A stretch of 62,983 nt of DNA, filler included, from Rhabdomonas costata (taxonomy: Eukaryota): assembly GCA_019059605.1 (NCBI GenBank). It is 52 parts of 52 records of this genome, joined end to end, with 100 filler letters (N's around TTAATTAATTAA, not from the genome) between each part and the next. Parts side by side here need not be neighbours in the genome. Positions count along the whole stretch, not along the records: positions 1 to 1,113 come from JAHMHO010027902.1; positions 1,214 to 2,327 come from JAHMHO010027903.1; positions 2,428 to 3,541 come from JAHMHO010027904.1; positions 3,642 to 4,754 come from JAHMHO010027905.1; positions 4,855 to 5,968 come from JAHMHO010027906.1; positions 6,069 to 7,182 come from JAHMHO010027907.1; positions 7,283 to 8,397 come from JAHMHO010027908.1; positions 8,498 to 9,610 come from JAHMHO010027909.1; 44 more parts are not named here. One strand, written 5' to 3'. Below are positions 1 to 11,790 of the stretch, piece after piece (position 1 is the first letter of the stretch; every line of letters begins with the position of its first letter). The notes beneath the pieces are model-generated. The model did no database searches. It was not told the origin of the DNA and worked only from the letters and a program-made list of their open reading frames with translations. The position numbers and the translations under genes are program-made.

Positions 1-313
1 GTGTGTTGTTCATACTATAAGTATTACTGAATCTGAATCTGAATACGTTACCACAGAGGATGCCTCGGGGCATTCACGGCTCGCGATATCGATGGCCTGT
101 TAGCACAGTGATGATCTGCGGTTATGTCTGTGATCAAACCCGAAAGACCTCTGTGTCTATAAGGAAAGTCGGTGCGACAGTATCTTGCTTTGTTGTGGTT
201 CCTACCCCTTCCGACGGGTGGTTTCCCATTCACTAACCAGAGCAATGTTCATTGTCTGGGAAGGAAAGTCGTGTGGGGTTGAAGGGGGTTGCGTTATGGT
301 GTACTGCATTCAG

Positions 314-1083
314 GGAGACTGGAACGAGTGGCTGAGCCACTTTGCCGCCGAGCTGCTGAAGCAATCTCCCTCCTCCGCGCTCCGGGCCTGCGCCTCACTG
401 GCACAGGTGTGAGAATGTCCAGTCATACTTCAAATGTGATAATCGGTGGGTTGCAGTCGCAGCTACGGTCCCCACCTTCCCCAGGTGGAAACCAGTTCTC
501 AGTTTAAAGCATCTGTCTGTTGCGCCCCAGATGCAATGCAACTTAAGCCCCCGAGTTTCCTGAATGCGAGTAGTTTTTCTCGCCGATTGGCTATTTTGCC
601 CGGTGTCCTCGTCTGTGCTTATGTGGATGGTTGGGAGATCCGGTGAAACGAGAGCCGTGTTTCTGAGTTGAACAAACTTTGTTATCTTTTTCTAGCGCTA
701 TCCGGCAGTGACGATGCAGCTGTTCAATCCTGCCTTCATGTCATGCTACAACGATCTCTCCTACCCGATGCAGAACGAGATGCTCCGGGTTTGTGGCCTC
801 ACCGTTTTTGTTCTTGGGAGTGATTTTTTGTTGCATGTATTTGTAAGCTGGGAGCTTGGGAATCTTTTAGGTGTTATCGGGTTTTCGCTTGCCTTGAAAG
901 CACCGCACCGGTTCTCCAGCGGGCAGCTTTTGGAAGAGCACCCGCGGCGGGAGCGTTTTTTTCATCCCCTTTTGCAGGCCCTCAACCACGCCTTGAATTC
1001 CCCTCAGCTGTCCGCAGAGGCCTTGCAGGTTCTCCTGAACCTGGTGGAGTTCATGCAGCATGACATCATGCTGAATTCCAAGG
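314..1083 (+). CDS. TOR: Target of rapamycin (TOR) kinase, internal fragment; exons 314-406, 696-788, 978-~1083
   Basis: Phase-consistent GT-AG splicing gives GDWNEWLSHFAAELLKQSPSSALRACASLAQ-RYPAVTMQLFNPAFMSCYNDLSYPMQNEMLR-ALNHALNSPQLSAEALQVLLNLVEFMQHD. This matches the recalled conserved pre-FAT TOR segment (DWxEWxxxxxxELLKxSxSxxLRxCxxLA...LFNxAFxSC...LLNLAEFMEH). Confidence 0.92.
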
Positions 1084-1955
1084 GTGTGTGTGTGTGTGTG
1101 TGTGTTGGGACGGNNNNNNNNNNNNNNNNNNNNNNNNNNNNNNNNNNNNNNNNNNNNTTAATTAATTAANNNNNNNNNNNNNNNNNNNNNNNNNNNNNNN
1201 NNNNNNNNNNNNNGGGTGTGGTGCTGCCAATCGAGGAGGAAAAAACGACATTGCGATTGGCGACAACGAGCCGAAGACTCTTGGCCCTTTACGTCTCACT
1301 GCCACTTCTGCCCTTTCTTTCCCTGGACTTTATCTCATGTCTGCAGTCAGTTTGAAGTCTGACCTTCTCATTGTGAATGCAACGGGAGAAAGGCAGAATG
1401 ATGCAAGAATCAGACCTCCAGCTGGTGGGCGGCTCATTCTGGGGGAAGGTCGATGCCGATCAGAAAACAAGTACACACAGAAAGCAAAACAGACAGGAAG
1501 CCAACGGAAGGGGAGGGCCCTCTGGGCCTTCCCCCCCTGAGATAAAAAAGTGGCGTGTGTGGGGTAAGCCCCACAGAAAGAGAATACAAGGCTGCAGTGG
1601 AATAGAAAGATCGCCTCCAAAAAAGCCCGACCCCCAAAATCCAAACCAAAAAAAAAGACTGCAATCTCATGGAGATGTACGGAAGGTTTCCTAAGGACAA
1701 GGAGGGCTTTCAGGGCTACTGAACCATTCTTCATGGAGGGGACAGGTCCCTTTGATTGTGGCACACCCCATAAAAAACAAAACACGAAAACAAGCACAAA
1801 GGAGCTGATGGTACAACAACGTGGGTGGGTCATGTCCTCCCAAAGCCGCACCAAAAGCGGTCCCGTGGGGTGATGACGTGGAGCCAGAGCGGGGAAGCCT
1901 TCCCACTGCTCATCGCCCCGCCTGTCCGGGGGTGTCCTGGCCTTCTCATTGCTGG

Positions 1956-2127
1956 TCAGTGAGAGGCCAGACCCATTCCAATGGAGAGGATCCCGACGAT
2001 GACCTCAATTAGGATCAGCCAGATGATGATCCACTCCAGCTTGCTGGAGTGCTTCTGGTTGAGCTCGTCGCTGAGCATCGTGAACAGCTCATGGACGACG
2101 TCGAGCCGCTGGTTTAGGATCTCCACC
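1956..2127 (-). CDS. RMD1/RMND1 (DUF155) family protein, last exon
   Basis: After a TTGCAG acceptor: VEILNQRLDVVHELFTMLSDELNQKHSSKLEWIIIWLILIEVIVGIL...stop. RVxxLNxRL...HSxxLEWIIIxLI followed by a C-terminal hydrophobic segment is the DUF155 C-terminal pattern. Confidence 0.88.
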
Positions 2128-2588
2128 CTGCAACGAGGAAGCAAAGGACCCAGACGAAGTGGTTTCTCACAGCAAATGTGCTTCGGCTGCACCCACAGAA
2201 AGGTGCCAAGAGTGACCCCACCGCACCTCTAGACGGTGACATCTGGTTGTCCGTTCATAAAAAGGCGCATTCAAAGATGCTCCTTCCCTGCGGCAACCGC
2301 TACCAAAACTCGTCAATAAACCAAACCNNNNNNNNNNNNNNNNNNNNNNNNNNNNNNNNNNNNNNNNNNNNTTAATTAATTAANNNNNNNNNNNNNNNNN
2401 NNNNNNNNNNNNNNNNNNNNNNNNNNNTGTGTGGGGTGTGGGGGTATAGAGGGAAAATTCTAAAGATTATGGCTTTTTACGCAAGTAGTACCTGGTTCTA
2501 TGAGCTCGCCGGGGACCCCTCCCCGGGTTTTTGCCTCCCGCGGAGAAGGGGGTTTCCAACAAGTGTAGGTCGCACGCTAGAAGTTTGA

Positions 2589-2660
2589 CATTGGAATTGG
2601 GGATTGAACCTGCGGAGACAGCAGTGTATGTACCATACATGACCACTAAGCCATCACACA
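2589..2660 (-). mobile_element. tRNA-like (Pol III A/B-box) element, probable SINE head or tRNA relic
   Basis: A box TGGCTTAGTGG (2653-2643) and B box GGTTCAATCCC (2610-2600) start 43 nt apart, as in tRNAs. The acceptor stem does not pair, so it is not an intact tRNA. Confidence 0.5.
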
Positions 2661-2747
2661 CATTCGTAAATTGGCTTGTCAAAGGCAATATTTACAGAGA
2701 TGTAGAGAGCAACGCTGTAGATTTGTGAAATCAATTTTCGCAACCTA

Positions 2748-2830
2748 CCAAAGCTAGTTGAGTTGGTAAGCAAATGGCTGCTGAATAGGGGTTTTGTTTT
2801 ACTCCGCGGGTTCAAACCCCATTCCGCACT
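2748..2830 (+). mobile_element. Second tRNA-like A/B-box element, related to the 2589-2660 copy
   Basis: A-box-like TAGTTGAGTTGG (2755-2766) and B box GGTTCAAACCC (2809-2819). It shares CTCCGCRGGTTCAAWCCCCA(A)TTCC with the minus-strand copy. Confidence 0.45.
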
Positions 2831-3676
2831 GATCCATTCAGCAAATCCCACAACTTGTCGGTGACGCAGCGAAAGTTCAACAGAGACAAAACTGCACTGC
2901 TACTCATGTGTTGTCACGGCAACATGTCTATGAGTGATTCAACTTCTCAAAGAAGAAGTTGCATTTCGGATGGTTCGAACCCCGACCAGGGCACTTTTTT
3001 GCCCAGTTTGGAGAACCTTATTTTTCATCGTTTCCACTGCGCTTGTTGTCTGCCTGTTTCCTGTTCTGCTCGAAAAAAAATGAGTTTAGAAGACTCTTGG
3101 CCACATTCATAATTCGAACACTGGTTTAGCTTCTTCTTCTTCTTCTTTTTACGTGCCTTGCGCGCTGTGTTGACTTTTTAAAAGAAGGGTTATGCCCGAG
3201 GTATGGTGACAAATTGCAACCACATAACATTACAAATTACACAAATTACAGGTACAAACAGATGCAAAATACATTACACTAGAGGTATACGCCCGTACGT
3301 AAATACATACATTCTGCGGAGGGGTACCCCCCACACTGCGAGAATGTGTTGTTACTTGCACGAATGGTTTCTCCCCCCTGCCGTTGCCCGTGCGGTAAAT
3401 CGGGAGCATCTACCCACTGCACATGCTGACACCGGTTGAACTTGAGCTTGAACTCCAATGCCAAGCGCGTTCAGTGCATTCCACTCCAGTGCAATTCCCA
3501 TTCCATCTACCATTCCATTCCCATTCCATTTACCAAAAACCNNNNNNNNNNNNNNNNNNNNNNNNNNNNNNNNNNNNNNNNNNNNTTAATTAATTAANNN
3601 NNNNNNNNNNNNNNNNNNNNNNNNNNNNNNNNNNNNNNNNNTTGGGTGTGGGTGTGTTTGGTCGTGGGTGGGCCTC

Positions 3677-4504
3677 GGGGAAAACGTCCAGGAGTACCTC
3701 TCCACGCAGTTCTACAACCTTGCCGCGCTCTCCCCACACGACTGGAAGGTACCCCCTCTTTTCTCGCTTCACCGGGTTTTGCGTTGTCCGCAATGTCATT
3801 TTTGTTTGTGCAGAATACTTTGTCGAACTTCAGTGGACACGTCGCTGCTGGGATTCAATAATCAGTCTGGGTTTGCTGAATTTGCATCAGCTTTCTGGAT
3901 CGGGCACTGGCGCAGCCGAGTCCAAGGTCCACGGTGTGGTTGGCACCAGTTGTCACCGACTAAACCGACCACCACATCAAGCTATGGTGGCCAAGTGAAA
4001 AACTGCGACTGGCGTGCATCGTGGGCAGACGCATCGGACTCTATGTTTGTTCCGGGGAGCCTCCCCTCCTCAGCCTCCCCTTTTCAGCACACGGAGGGAG
4101 ACTTCAACAGCATCCCAAACCAGAAAGGTGAACGTCCCAATGAAATGGTCAAGGCACTTTCCATGTCGCTCCATCCAGGTACACGCACACAGACGTGGAG
4201 AGAAAATGGGTTTCGCACGCTCTTTCTGCAGGTGTACGAGGAGCTGCGGTCGCTGGCACAGGAGAAGTACGGGCTGGGGCTGACCGAGGGCTATCTCCCA
4301 GGGGCGACGTTGGAGCACGGGCTGGACGTGCTTCAGCTGATCCGCAGCCTGGGCGCCTTTGTGGCGCGGTACACGTATAACCTGAACCAGCAGATGTTCC
4401 TGGAGAAGCCCCACGTCACCACCTCTAAGAACCTCCACACTGTGCACATCCACAGCGTGGTGAACTCCATCCGCACCCACGGCACTGGCATGATGAACAC
4501 CACG
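3677..4504 (+). CDS. WASHC4: WASH complex subunit 4 (SWIP/KIAA1033), internal fragment; exons ~3677-3748 and 4232-4504
   Basis: Spliced YLSTQFYNLAALSPHDWK-VYEELRSLAQEKYGL...LPGATLEHGLDVLQLIR...FVARYTYNLNQQMFLE...NSIRTHGTGMMNTT matches recalled SWIP motifs (FYNL..HDW.Y.EMR, TLEQGLDVL, YNLNNQ.F.E, NSIRTHGTG.MNTT). GT-AG intron 3749-4231. Confidence 0.93.
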
Positions 4505-4861
4505 GTGTGTGCAGGGGGGGGGGGCTGGAAGGTGGGTGTTGTTTCGAGCTATGCCACCTGTATGTGGTGTGACCTGACACCTTTTGGATGGTGGGAGGTT
4601 TGGCCGCGTTTCAGGATTCTCTTCCGCATCGCCCACCCTCTGGACATGCTCTTCTCCCGCAAGCCCCCCTTGATCGTCGACTATTCCTCCGTGAAGTGCA
4701 CCTTTTCCAGCTGCGGCTACCCTTTCCTCACCCCACCCAACCACACCCACCACANNNNNNNNNNNNNNNNNNNNNNNNNNNNNNNNNNNNNNNNNNNNTT
4801 AATTAATTAANNNNNNNNNNNNNNNNNNNNNNNNNNNNNNNNNNNNNNNNNNNNGGGGGGT

Positions 4862-5247
4862 GGGGCAACCCTGCAACGTGCCCGCAATGGAGAGGAAAGT
4901 GAGCGCTTTCATTAATAAAGTGAGAAAACGCTCAAATTCCATGGCACCGCAGGGCTTCCACAACTGGCACAGATTGTCAGAGTGTTCCAACGATTTCAAC
5001 AAAGGTGCCCCTGCAACTGCAATGTCTGCATCTGCGAAGCGGCCACTCAGAAGTTGGCTCTACACTTTCTCAACGAATTCAATTTAGTTCCTCGGCCTCT
5101 TCGCAAAGTTCGGGGCCCATCCATGGCCGCCGACCCATGAAGGAGGAGCCCTAGGCAGGGGAATCCCAGGTGGCCGGGGGGCAACCCTGCAACGTGCCCG
5201 CAATGGAGAGGAAAGTGAGCGCTTTCATTAATAAAGTGAGAAAACGC
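4862..5247 (+). repeat. Exact 70-bp direct repeat (4862-4931 and 5178-5247)
   Basis: GGGGCAACCCTGCAACGTG...ATAAAGTGAGAAAACGC occurs twice, 316 bp apart. Confidence 0.9.
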
Positions 5248-6739
5248 AACAATGCAGTTATACGGCAAACTATGTGCAGAGTTTGCTTCCATGCGTTGGA
5301 TTGTTTGGTGGTGGTGGGGACTGTGTCTTTGACTTGGCGTAATGAAAAGATGGAAACAGAATATATGTCTCTCACAGACATGCACACTGCCTGGGCTGCT
5401 TGTGCAGCTCTTAGATTACTTTTCATCGTCTTCAATCTTCACGGGACCATATACTTTGAAACCGGAAAACGTGTATATATAGCAGGTCTCCCGTAACGCT
5501 GCGTGGCCATTCCTTGCGGTCCGCATGACACGCACAGAGGTCAAACAATCACTACTCTTGATTTTATGCAGAAATGGTCAATCCCTCGGCCGCATTCACC
5601 AATGCGGAATGCCATACCCGTCTTTTAAATGCGCCCTCGCACCATGGGAAGTAAAAACCATTCAAAGCCCATCCAAGCAACCCAGAAAGGAAGTGCAATG
5701 AACGGCAGAAAACAGAACCCACTTTCTGACCGCCTGCCAAGCAGCCTGATGGCGGAGGTAAATGGAATCAAACGTTGAATTAACGTTCTACCCGTTGAAA
5801 TGCACCGAAGCCATGATGACAGTCACAGCAGCCCACCACATCCTTTATGTAAAAACGTGTGCAGCACTGCGCACAGGGGCATGGCACAAAGCCGAAATGA
5901 CGGTGGAAACCCCTATACAAGTCTGTGGCTGTCGTGTCGTCAGCCTTCAAACAAGATTCACCAACAAANNNNNNNNNNNNNNNNNNNNNNNNNNNNNNNN
6001 NNNNNNNNNNNNTTAATTAATTAANNNNNNNNNNNNNNNNNNNNNNNNNNNNNNNNNNNNNNNNNNNNGTGTGGGGTGTTTTCCTCAGTTCTCCACTCGA
6101 TCCTAACACCCGCAGAACCATCTTTGTCACCAACACAAGCGATTCTGCCTCTTGGAGTGTTGCGCGGCGTCGGGCGGATCGCTTTACATATCCCATATGG
6201 CACTAAACGCGTCGAACACCCTCAAGTCTTAAAGATTGTGGAACAAACTAGCTATTACAATTACAACCTGCGTTTGTAGTATACAGCATTTTTTTCAACT
6301 AAAGAACCACAAGTAAGGTCAAGGGACAAGGGTCTTCCTTTCCCTTTCTCCCTGGGCCGGTTGCGGTGCCCCTTGGTGGCTCTTCCTATATATTTTGGCC
6401 CGCTGCTCGCCCCACCGCAGCGGAGTGTTCTCGGTGAAATGGAGTTTCTTTTGGGGGAGGGGTAATGATTACCTGTGGTAAACTTTGCCTTTACACTTTA
6501 CCTTATCCTCACACAACAAAGTAATTTTGAAAGTGCTGGCATGTATACCCTGACAGTTTTTTGAGTTAATTTAGCAAAAGTTCTAAGCCATCGTTCTGTT
6601 ACAACAGGTAACGGTTATCACTGGTAATTACCAACGGGGTGGCAGGTGGCAACGATTACCAACGGTAATCCTTGCCACTCTCCCCACCCCTCAATTTCCA
6701 GCAAGTTTACAACAAAGCTACCCACCCCTCACCTCACAC

Positions 6740-6961
6740 CGAGCAGGGATCACGGGAGGCGAATAAAGTTGGCGAGTGGGCGGATGAGTGGGTAGGGGAG
6801 GCCAACCAGCCCCAGGGGTAGGCCACGGCGGTGGCCCGGGGGTGCATCCTGCGGTCCAGGGAGACCCGCAGCTCCGCCACGAGGGCCTCCGAGGGCAACA
6901 CAAAACCGCACACCAGCTGCTCCCCACAGGGTGCCGCTAGGGACTCCCGCAGCGCAAGGAT
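6740..6961 (-). CDS. Probable exon, hypothetical protein
   Basis: TTTCGTGCAG acceptor, GC3-rich frame ILALRESLAAPCGEQLVCGFVLPSEALVAELRVSLDRRMHP..., GT donor near 6740. Confidence 0.5.
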
Positions 6962-7484
6962 CTGCACGAAAATTAGGTATGAGGCAGAGAAGGAGTACCA
7001 ATGGATGATGATGTTTTTTCCGAAGGGAGTCAGGTCCCAGACACCACTCACCCCTCACCACTCCCAACATCCACACCACCACGGAAATACATTGCAGAGC
7101 TGCCCCCTTACGCTCGGACACTACACCTATACTGTTCTACTGCCCCCTGTGTCATGATTTTTTAAGCTAAAAACAAAAAACCNNNNNNNNNNNNNNNNNN
7201 NNNNNNNNNNNNNNNNNNNNNNNNNNTTAATTAATTAANNNNNNNNNNNNNNNNNNNNNNNNNNNNNNNNNNNNNNNNNNNNTTAATCACCCAAGCTCAC
7301 CTCAGAGCAGCGTCCTTTTTTCAGTGGTTGTTTGTGAGCGACCACCCCTGGGACTTCTCTTTTTTTTCTCCACTCTCCTGTGACCACCAATCGCCCTTAA
7401 CCCTTTCACCGAATCGCTCTTAGATCCTCGCCTCGCCTCCGCGGACTATCCGTGGCTCATACCTCCTCGCCTTGCTCCCCTAAG

Positions 7485-7820
7485 CTCCTACGACGCAGCG
7501 AAGCCCAAGTGGGCCGGATAAGGCTCCCGGGGGGCCCATGGAAGCCTCTGAGGGGTCCGCTGAGGTCTCCTCTCTGCTGCAACGTGATACGACGGAGCAG
7601 GTCCGCCAGGAGGGGCTGACCTCACAGAGGGACCTTTTCCAGCGCGTGGCCACAGAGAAGGCCTCCGCGGACCAGCGCACCGCCGAGGGAGCGGAGGGCA
7701 TTGAGACTGAGGCGCGTGCCGCTCAGGTGGAGGTGAGGGTGGCGGCCGATGGGGCCTCCATGAATTGCGACACAGCGGCAGTACAGCTGACGACGGAGGG
7801 GATCACTGACAGCACAGCGG
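7485..7820 (+). CDS. Probable exon, A/E/Q-rich hypothetical protein
   Basis: GC-rich open frame (MEASEGSAEVSSLLQRDTTEQVRQEGLTSQ...) after a pyrimidine tract; boundaries approximate. Confidence 0.4.
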
Positions 7821-8040
7821 TGCCGTGCATTGTATCACTGTGTGATGGATACCCGTTTTTGGTCTCAGTCTAAGACCCTCCCCCCGAATCTCGGAGAGAT
7901 GATTTCACTGGGCGTTGGTCGATAATGGAGAGTGGTGAGCATGCAAGACGCCGCGCCCTGTTTTCGCGGGAGAAATAAATTGCACTTGCCGTCAAAAAGC
8001 TAGAAATTACAATATCAACAGGTTATGTCAACCTGTGAGA

Positions 8041-8235
8041 CATATTTTGCGCGTCACCTCAAAAGAAACAACTTCCAAAAGTGTGCACTAAATCCACTAA
8101 ATCCGGCGTTTTCGGAGCTAAAACGGGGGTAAAAAAAAGCTAGGTTCCAGTGCATATCGGTTGTGCTTGTGTTTTCAAGCTGATTTTTACCTTCTACTGT
8201 CACCTCTTACATTTGAGGTAACGCAGGCCATATAT
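8041..8235. mobile_element. MITE-like dispersed repeat with short terminal inverted repeats
   Basis: GCGTCACCTCAAA (8051-8063) and TTTGAGGTAACGC (8212-8224) form an inverted repeat with 1 mismatch. The internal sequence is homologous to 21359-21530 on another contig. Confidence 0.55.
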
Positions 8236-9120
8236 GGTTTTGGTTCCGTTTCTGCCGTGTAGGCAGCGGTTTGAATAGATCAGCAAGCACACGTGGAAAA
8301 CCGCTCACTGTTTCCATCGCTCATCACACGCCGGAGTATGATGACCTTAACGCATATCGCTCACAGGTGGGCTCCACGGATGTCTCCCCCCACAACCNNN
8401 NNNNNNNNNNNNNNNNNNNNNNNNNNNNNNNNNNNNNNNNNTTAATTAATTAANNNNNNNNNNNNNNNNNNNNNNNNNNNNNNNNNNNNNNNNNNNNGTT
8501 TTGTTTGAGTCGCAAAGAAATGCCAAGCCAGCAGACCGGAGAAAGCGATTCGCGCTGTCAGAGTCGAAGACGTCAGGGCATATGGCACTTCACACATGGC
8601 ACATGGGTGCAACCACCCCCCAACCACCCAAATGTAATGATGAAACAGGTGGCAGCAAGGGCACCTGAAGGACGCCCGAGGGGTGGCCCAGCTCGCGGTG
8701 GCTGCAGCGATCCTGGCGTACTCTTCGTCGACGGAGAATCTTCGGCACCACTCCGCGTTCGCTGAGGCGAGAGCGCGGCGCAGGGACTCGCTCTGCAGCT
8801 GCCCGTCCAGCCACGGCACCAGATCGGCCTCCGCCAGAAACTTCAGCAAGAGCTGGTTATCTCCTATCAGGCAGAATTCCGTTGGTATTCTTTTTCGATT
8901 CACTCGACCATCAATATTCTGAGAAAAGCTACCTTGCCCATGGCCAACAGGTCACATTCCAAATGTGACAGTTCCGATAGAAACTTTTTCCGATATAACA
9001 ATCCCAAGGAATTCCACATCTAATAATGACATCCCCAAGAGCTAAACGTGTAGACCAACTCTGCGCAGGATTCTTTGGATACATTCTGGGCGGACTATTC
9101 TGCATCGCGCATTGGAGCAC

Positions 9121-9260
9121 ATCATAATTATAAATAAATTAAATGTTTATAAATAAATTATATATATGAAATAAATTTATATATTATATATGAATGATTT
9201 GAATATAAATAAATTTATATTCAAATTATTAATCACACATCTAATTTAAATTTATTTATC
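9121..9260. repeat. Extremely AT-rich low-complexity tract
   Basis: About 140 nt of almost only A/T (ATAAAT/ATATAT-like) within otherwise balanced sequence. Confidence 0.85.
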
Positions 9261-11790
9261 CGGGCCATGCCAAAAGTTAGAAGCTAGAAATCACAGCTTA
9301 TGCCACTCATACATCTGGAAAACATCGGGCTATCTCAGAAAAAGCAAGCTGAATGCAGCGGCTTCCAATGCAACACATGTGCAGCCATGGTTTACAAAGT
9401 GAGACTTTTTCAACATCCCTAAAACCCCTGTAAGTCCAAAAGATAAAATTTTGTTGTTATTTTTGACCTCTCACCTTTGAGGTGGCAAGGCCAATATGAT
9501 GTCGCCTGAAAAAAAAATGGAAAGGACCAACACACACCCACAAACACTCACTCATCGGCTGCTAATTAGCACGCCAACGTGGACCCACAACCCCAACCAC
9601 ACCCGACACANNNNNNNNNNNNNNNNNNNNNNNNNNNNNNNNNNNNNNNNNNNNTTAATTAATTAANNNNNNNNNNNNNNNNNNNNNNNNNNNNNNNNNN
9701 NNNNNNNNNNGGGGGGGTTGTGGGCACCGTGACGGTTCCAAACAAAACCAGGCAGCACTCACCGCCTGCCGCTTGGTATGAAAAAGCGAATCACACAAAA
9801 TGTGCGATAGGCAGATGAAATCGCTGGTTTGGTGCACAAAAGCATGCAAGCTTTTCGCTTTGTGCTTTGCAGTCCGCGGAATGCTAAGACGAACTACCTT
9901 GTTGGAAGCCAGGTTCTCAGGAGGTATCTGTGCGTTTTGGGGAGGGAGAGTATAGATCCCGAAGAGTTGTCCAGGACACGGAGACAGGATTCTGCAGAGC
10001 TGTGTGTACAACTCTGCGCTTCAGGTGTGCAGTGGGTGGCGACCCAGCAAGAACGGGTCAACCCCCACCTGCACCGTGGGAAAACGAGGGGTGGCTTGGG
10101 CGCGTGGGAAGGAAAAGCAGCACATAACGTTGCTAAGAACCGTGGTTGGGTGGAAAAAGGTAGAGGAAGGAGGGGGCACGGGTAGATCTTGGTGTAGACC
10201 TTGAGTGAGAGCTCGGAATGGGACTGGGCAAAAAGTGCATTGGCTGTCATGCACAGGACTGTACATGTTTACATGTGTGTAGTGGTTATCGAGCCAAAAA
10301 TGAGGACAGGAAGGGTGCCAACAACGGGAAGTCGACGCGCCTTAGTAGTATGAGGAAAGGGATCCCAAACAAGGAAGCCTCGGTGCAATTCCCCAAAGAA
10401 GAGAGGCACGCGCCTGGCTGCGTGTGAAGTGGGGAAGCAAGAAAATGCACAGAGGTGGCGGAGCTCAGCAAGCTACAGTATTGTACGGCACCCAGAATAG
10501 TGACGCAGCTGGTTCTGCACAAAAAGGAGCTCGACAAAGAGCCCTACACTCTTTGGAAGGAAAGGGAACCTGTAGGAATTTTCTTACTACTCGCGGGGGA
10601 GTGGAAGGGGGGGGGGGCGCAAAAGAGCACAAACGGGAGTTAACACAGAAGTGGTTGCAAAAACGAAAAATTGGAAAGAGCACCATTCATTTCGCGTCGA
10701 AAAAAGGGGCTGCGCCACTCGGAACTCACCCACTGATGTGATCAACCAAACCCACTTTCACACCACTTTTCGGCGTTTTCGCCGTGAGCAAGCCGTTCAG
10801 CCCCAGAAAGGGTAAAAAAACCCNNNNNNNNNNNNNNNNNNNNNNNNNNNNNNNNNNNNNNNNNNNNTTAATTAATTAANNNNNNNNNNNNNNNNNNNNN
10901 NNNNNNNNNNNNNNNNNNNNNNNCACTTTAAGCATAAATTGTGCCCGGTGCTTCGTGATTTCGTATCTGCGGAATGACCCGTGCGGTGGGAATAGCTAAA
11001 CATTGAGTTCTATCCCTGCTGTGCAGATGCTGTTTCTGAACTGAGAACAAGAATCGGCAATCGGTACTCCCAGAGGCTCTCCTCTTACCCTACCGCCAGC
11101 GAGAGAATGATTTGATGAAAAAAAAAAAAGAAATCGCTGCCACGGGCGCACAATGGTGTGCTACCATTTTCCAAAAAGAAATTGAAATCATAGAGAACCA
11201 TTTGGGTGCGGTGCCATTGAAATGTGGTCAAGGATAGTGACTCCACAGATCATCTCCGGAACGAACCCAGAGCCTCAGAAGAGTTTGGAAGCGTACTGAG
11301 CGGCCTTTGGGTGCATCCCTGATCCCTTGTGTTTGGTGCGGCCTCAATGAGGCTTGTGATGTATTGGTGGGGAAGTGAGTGAAGGGTAGGAACGTTTGTA
11401 GCTTTCTGCATAACTGTGGCGCCACTTTGTGGCTAAGGTACTCCAAATAGTTGGTACCCCCAACGATGAGTTGTTGCCCTCGCCTTTGATTAATGGTGCT
11501 GTTTTTTGGAGCCATCATTCAGGCAAAAAGGATTTGGGCAAAGAAAGCTACGACGATTGCTGACCTCCTTATTGGTGAATAACAGTATGTCCAGGAGGTT
11601 ATCCAACCTCAACCTCAACCTTGGACGGGGAAACGTTCCTGGTTGCATGGCGGGTAATCATATGCACACTCCAACCAATCACTGTGATATATGAAAATGT
11701 ATGAAGCGACCTCAGTCTCACGTCATGCCGTCCATTTGTCATCACCAAAGCTTGCGAACTTGTTGTTTGCTTACTGGACGAGAGGAGAAA

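Noticed and set aside
2589..3000. Functional tRNA genes
   Set aside because: A and B boxes are present but the acceptor and T stems do not pair fully.
3668..4810. 380-aa ORF as a single protein
   Set aside because: It reads through a stop-free 483-nt intron and into the spacer; only the exon parts match WASHC4.
10452..10605. Cyclic-nucleotide-binding domain exon (LWKEREPVGIFLLLAGE)
   Set aside because: The resemblance is too short and the splice boundaries are unclear.
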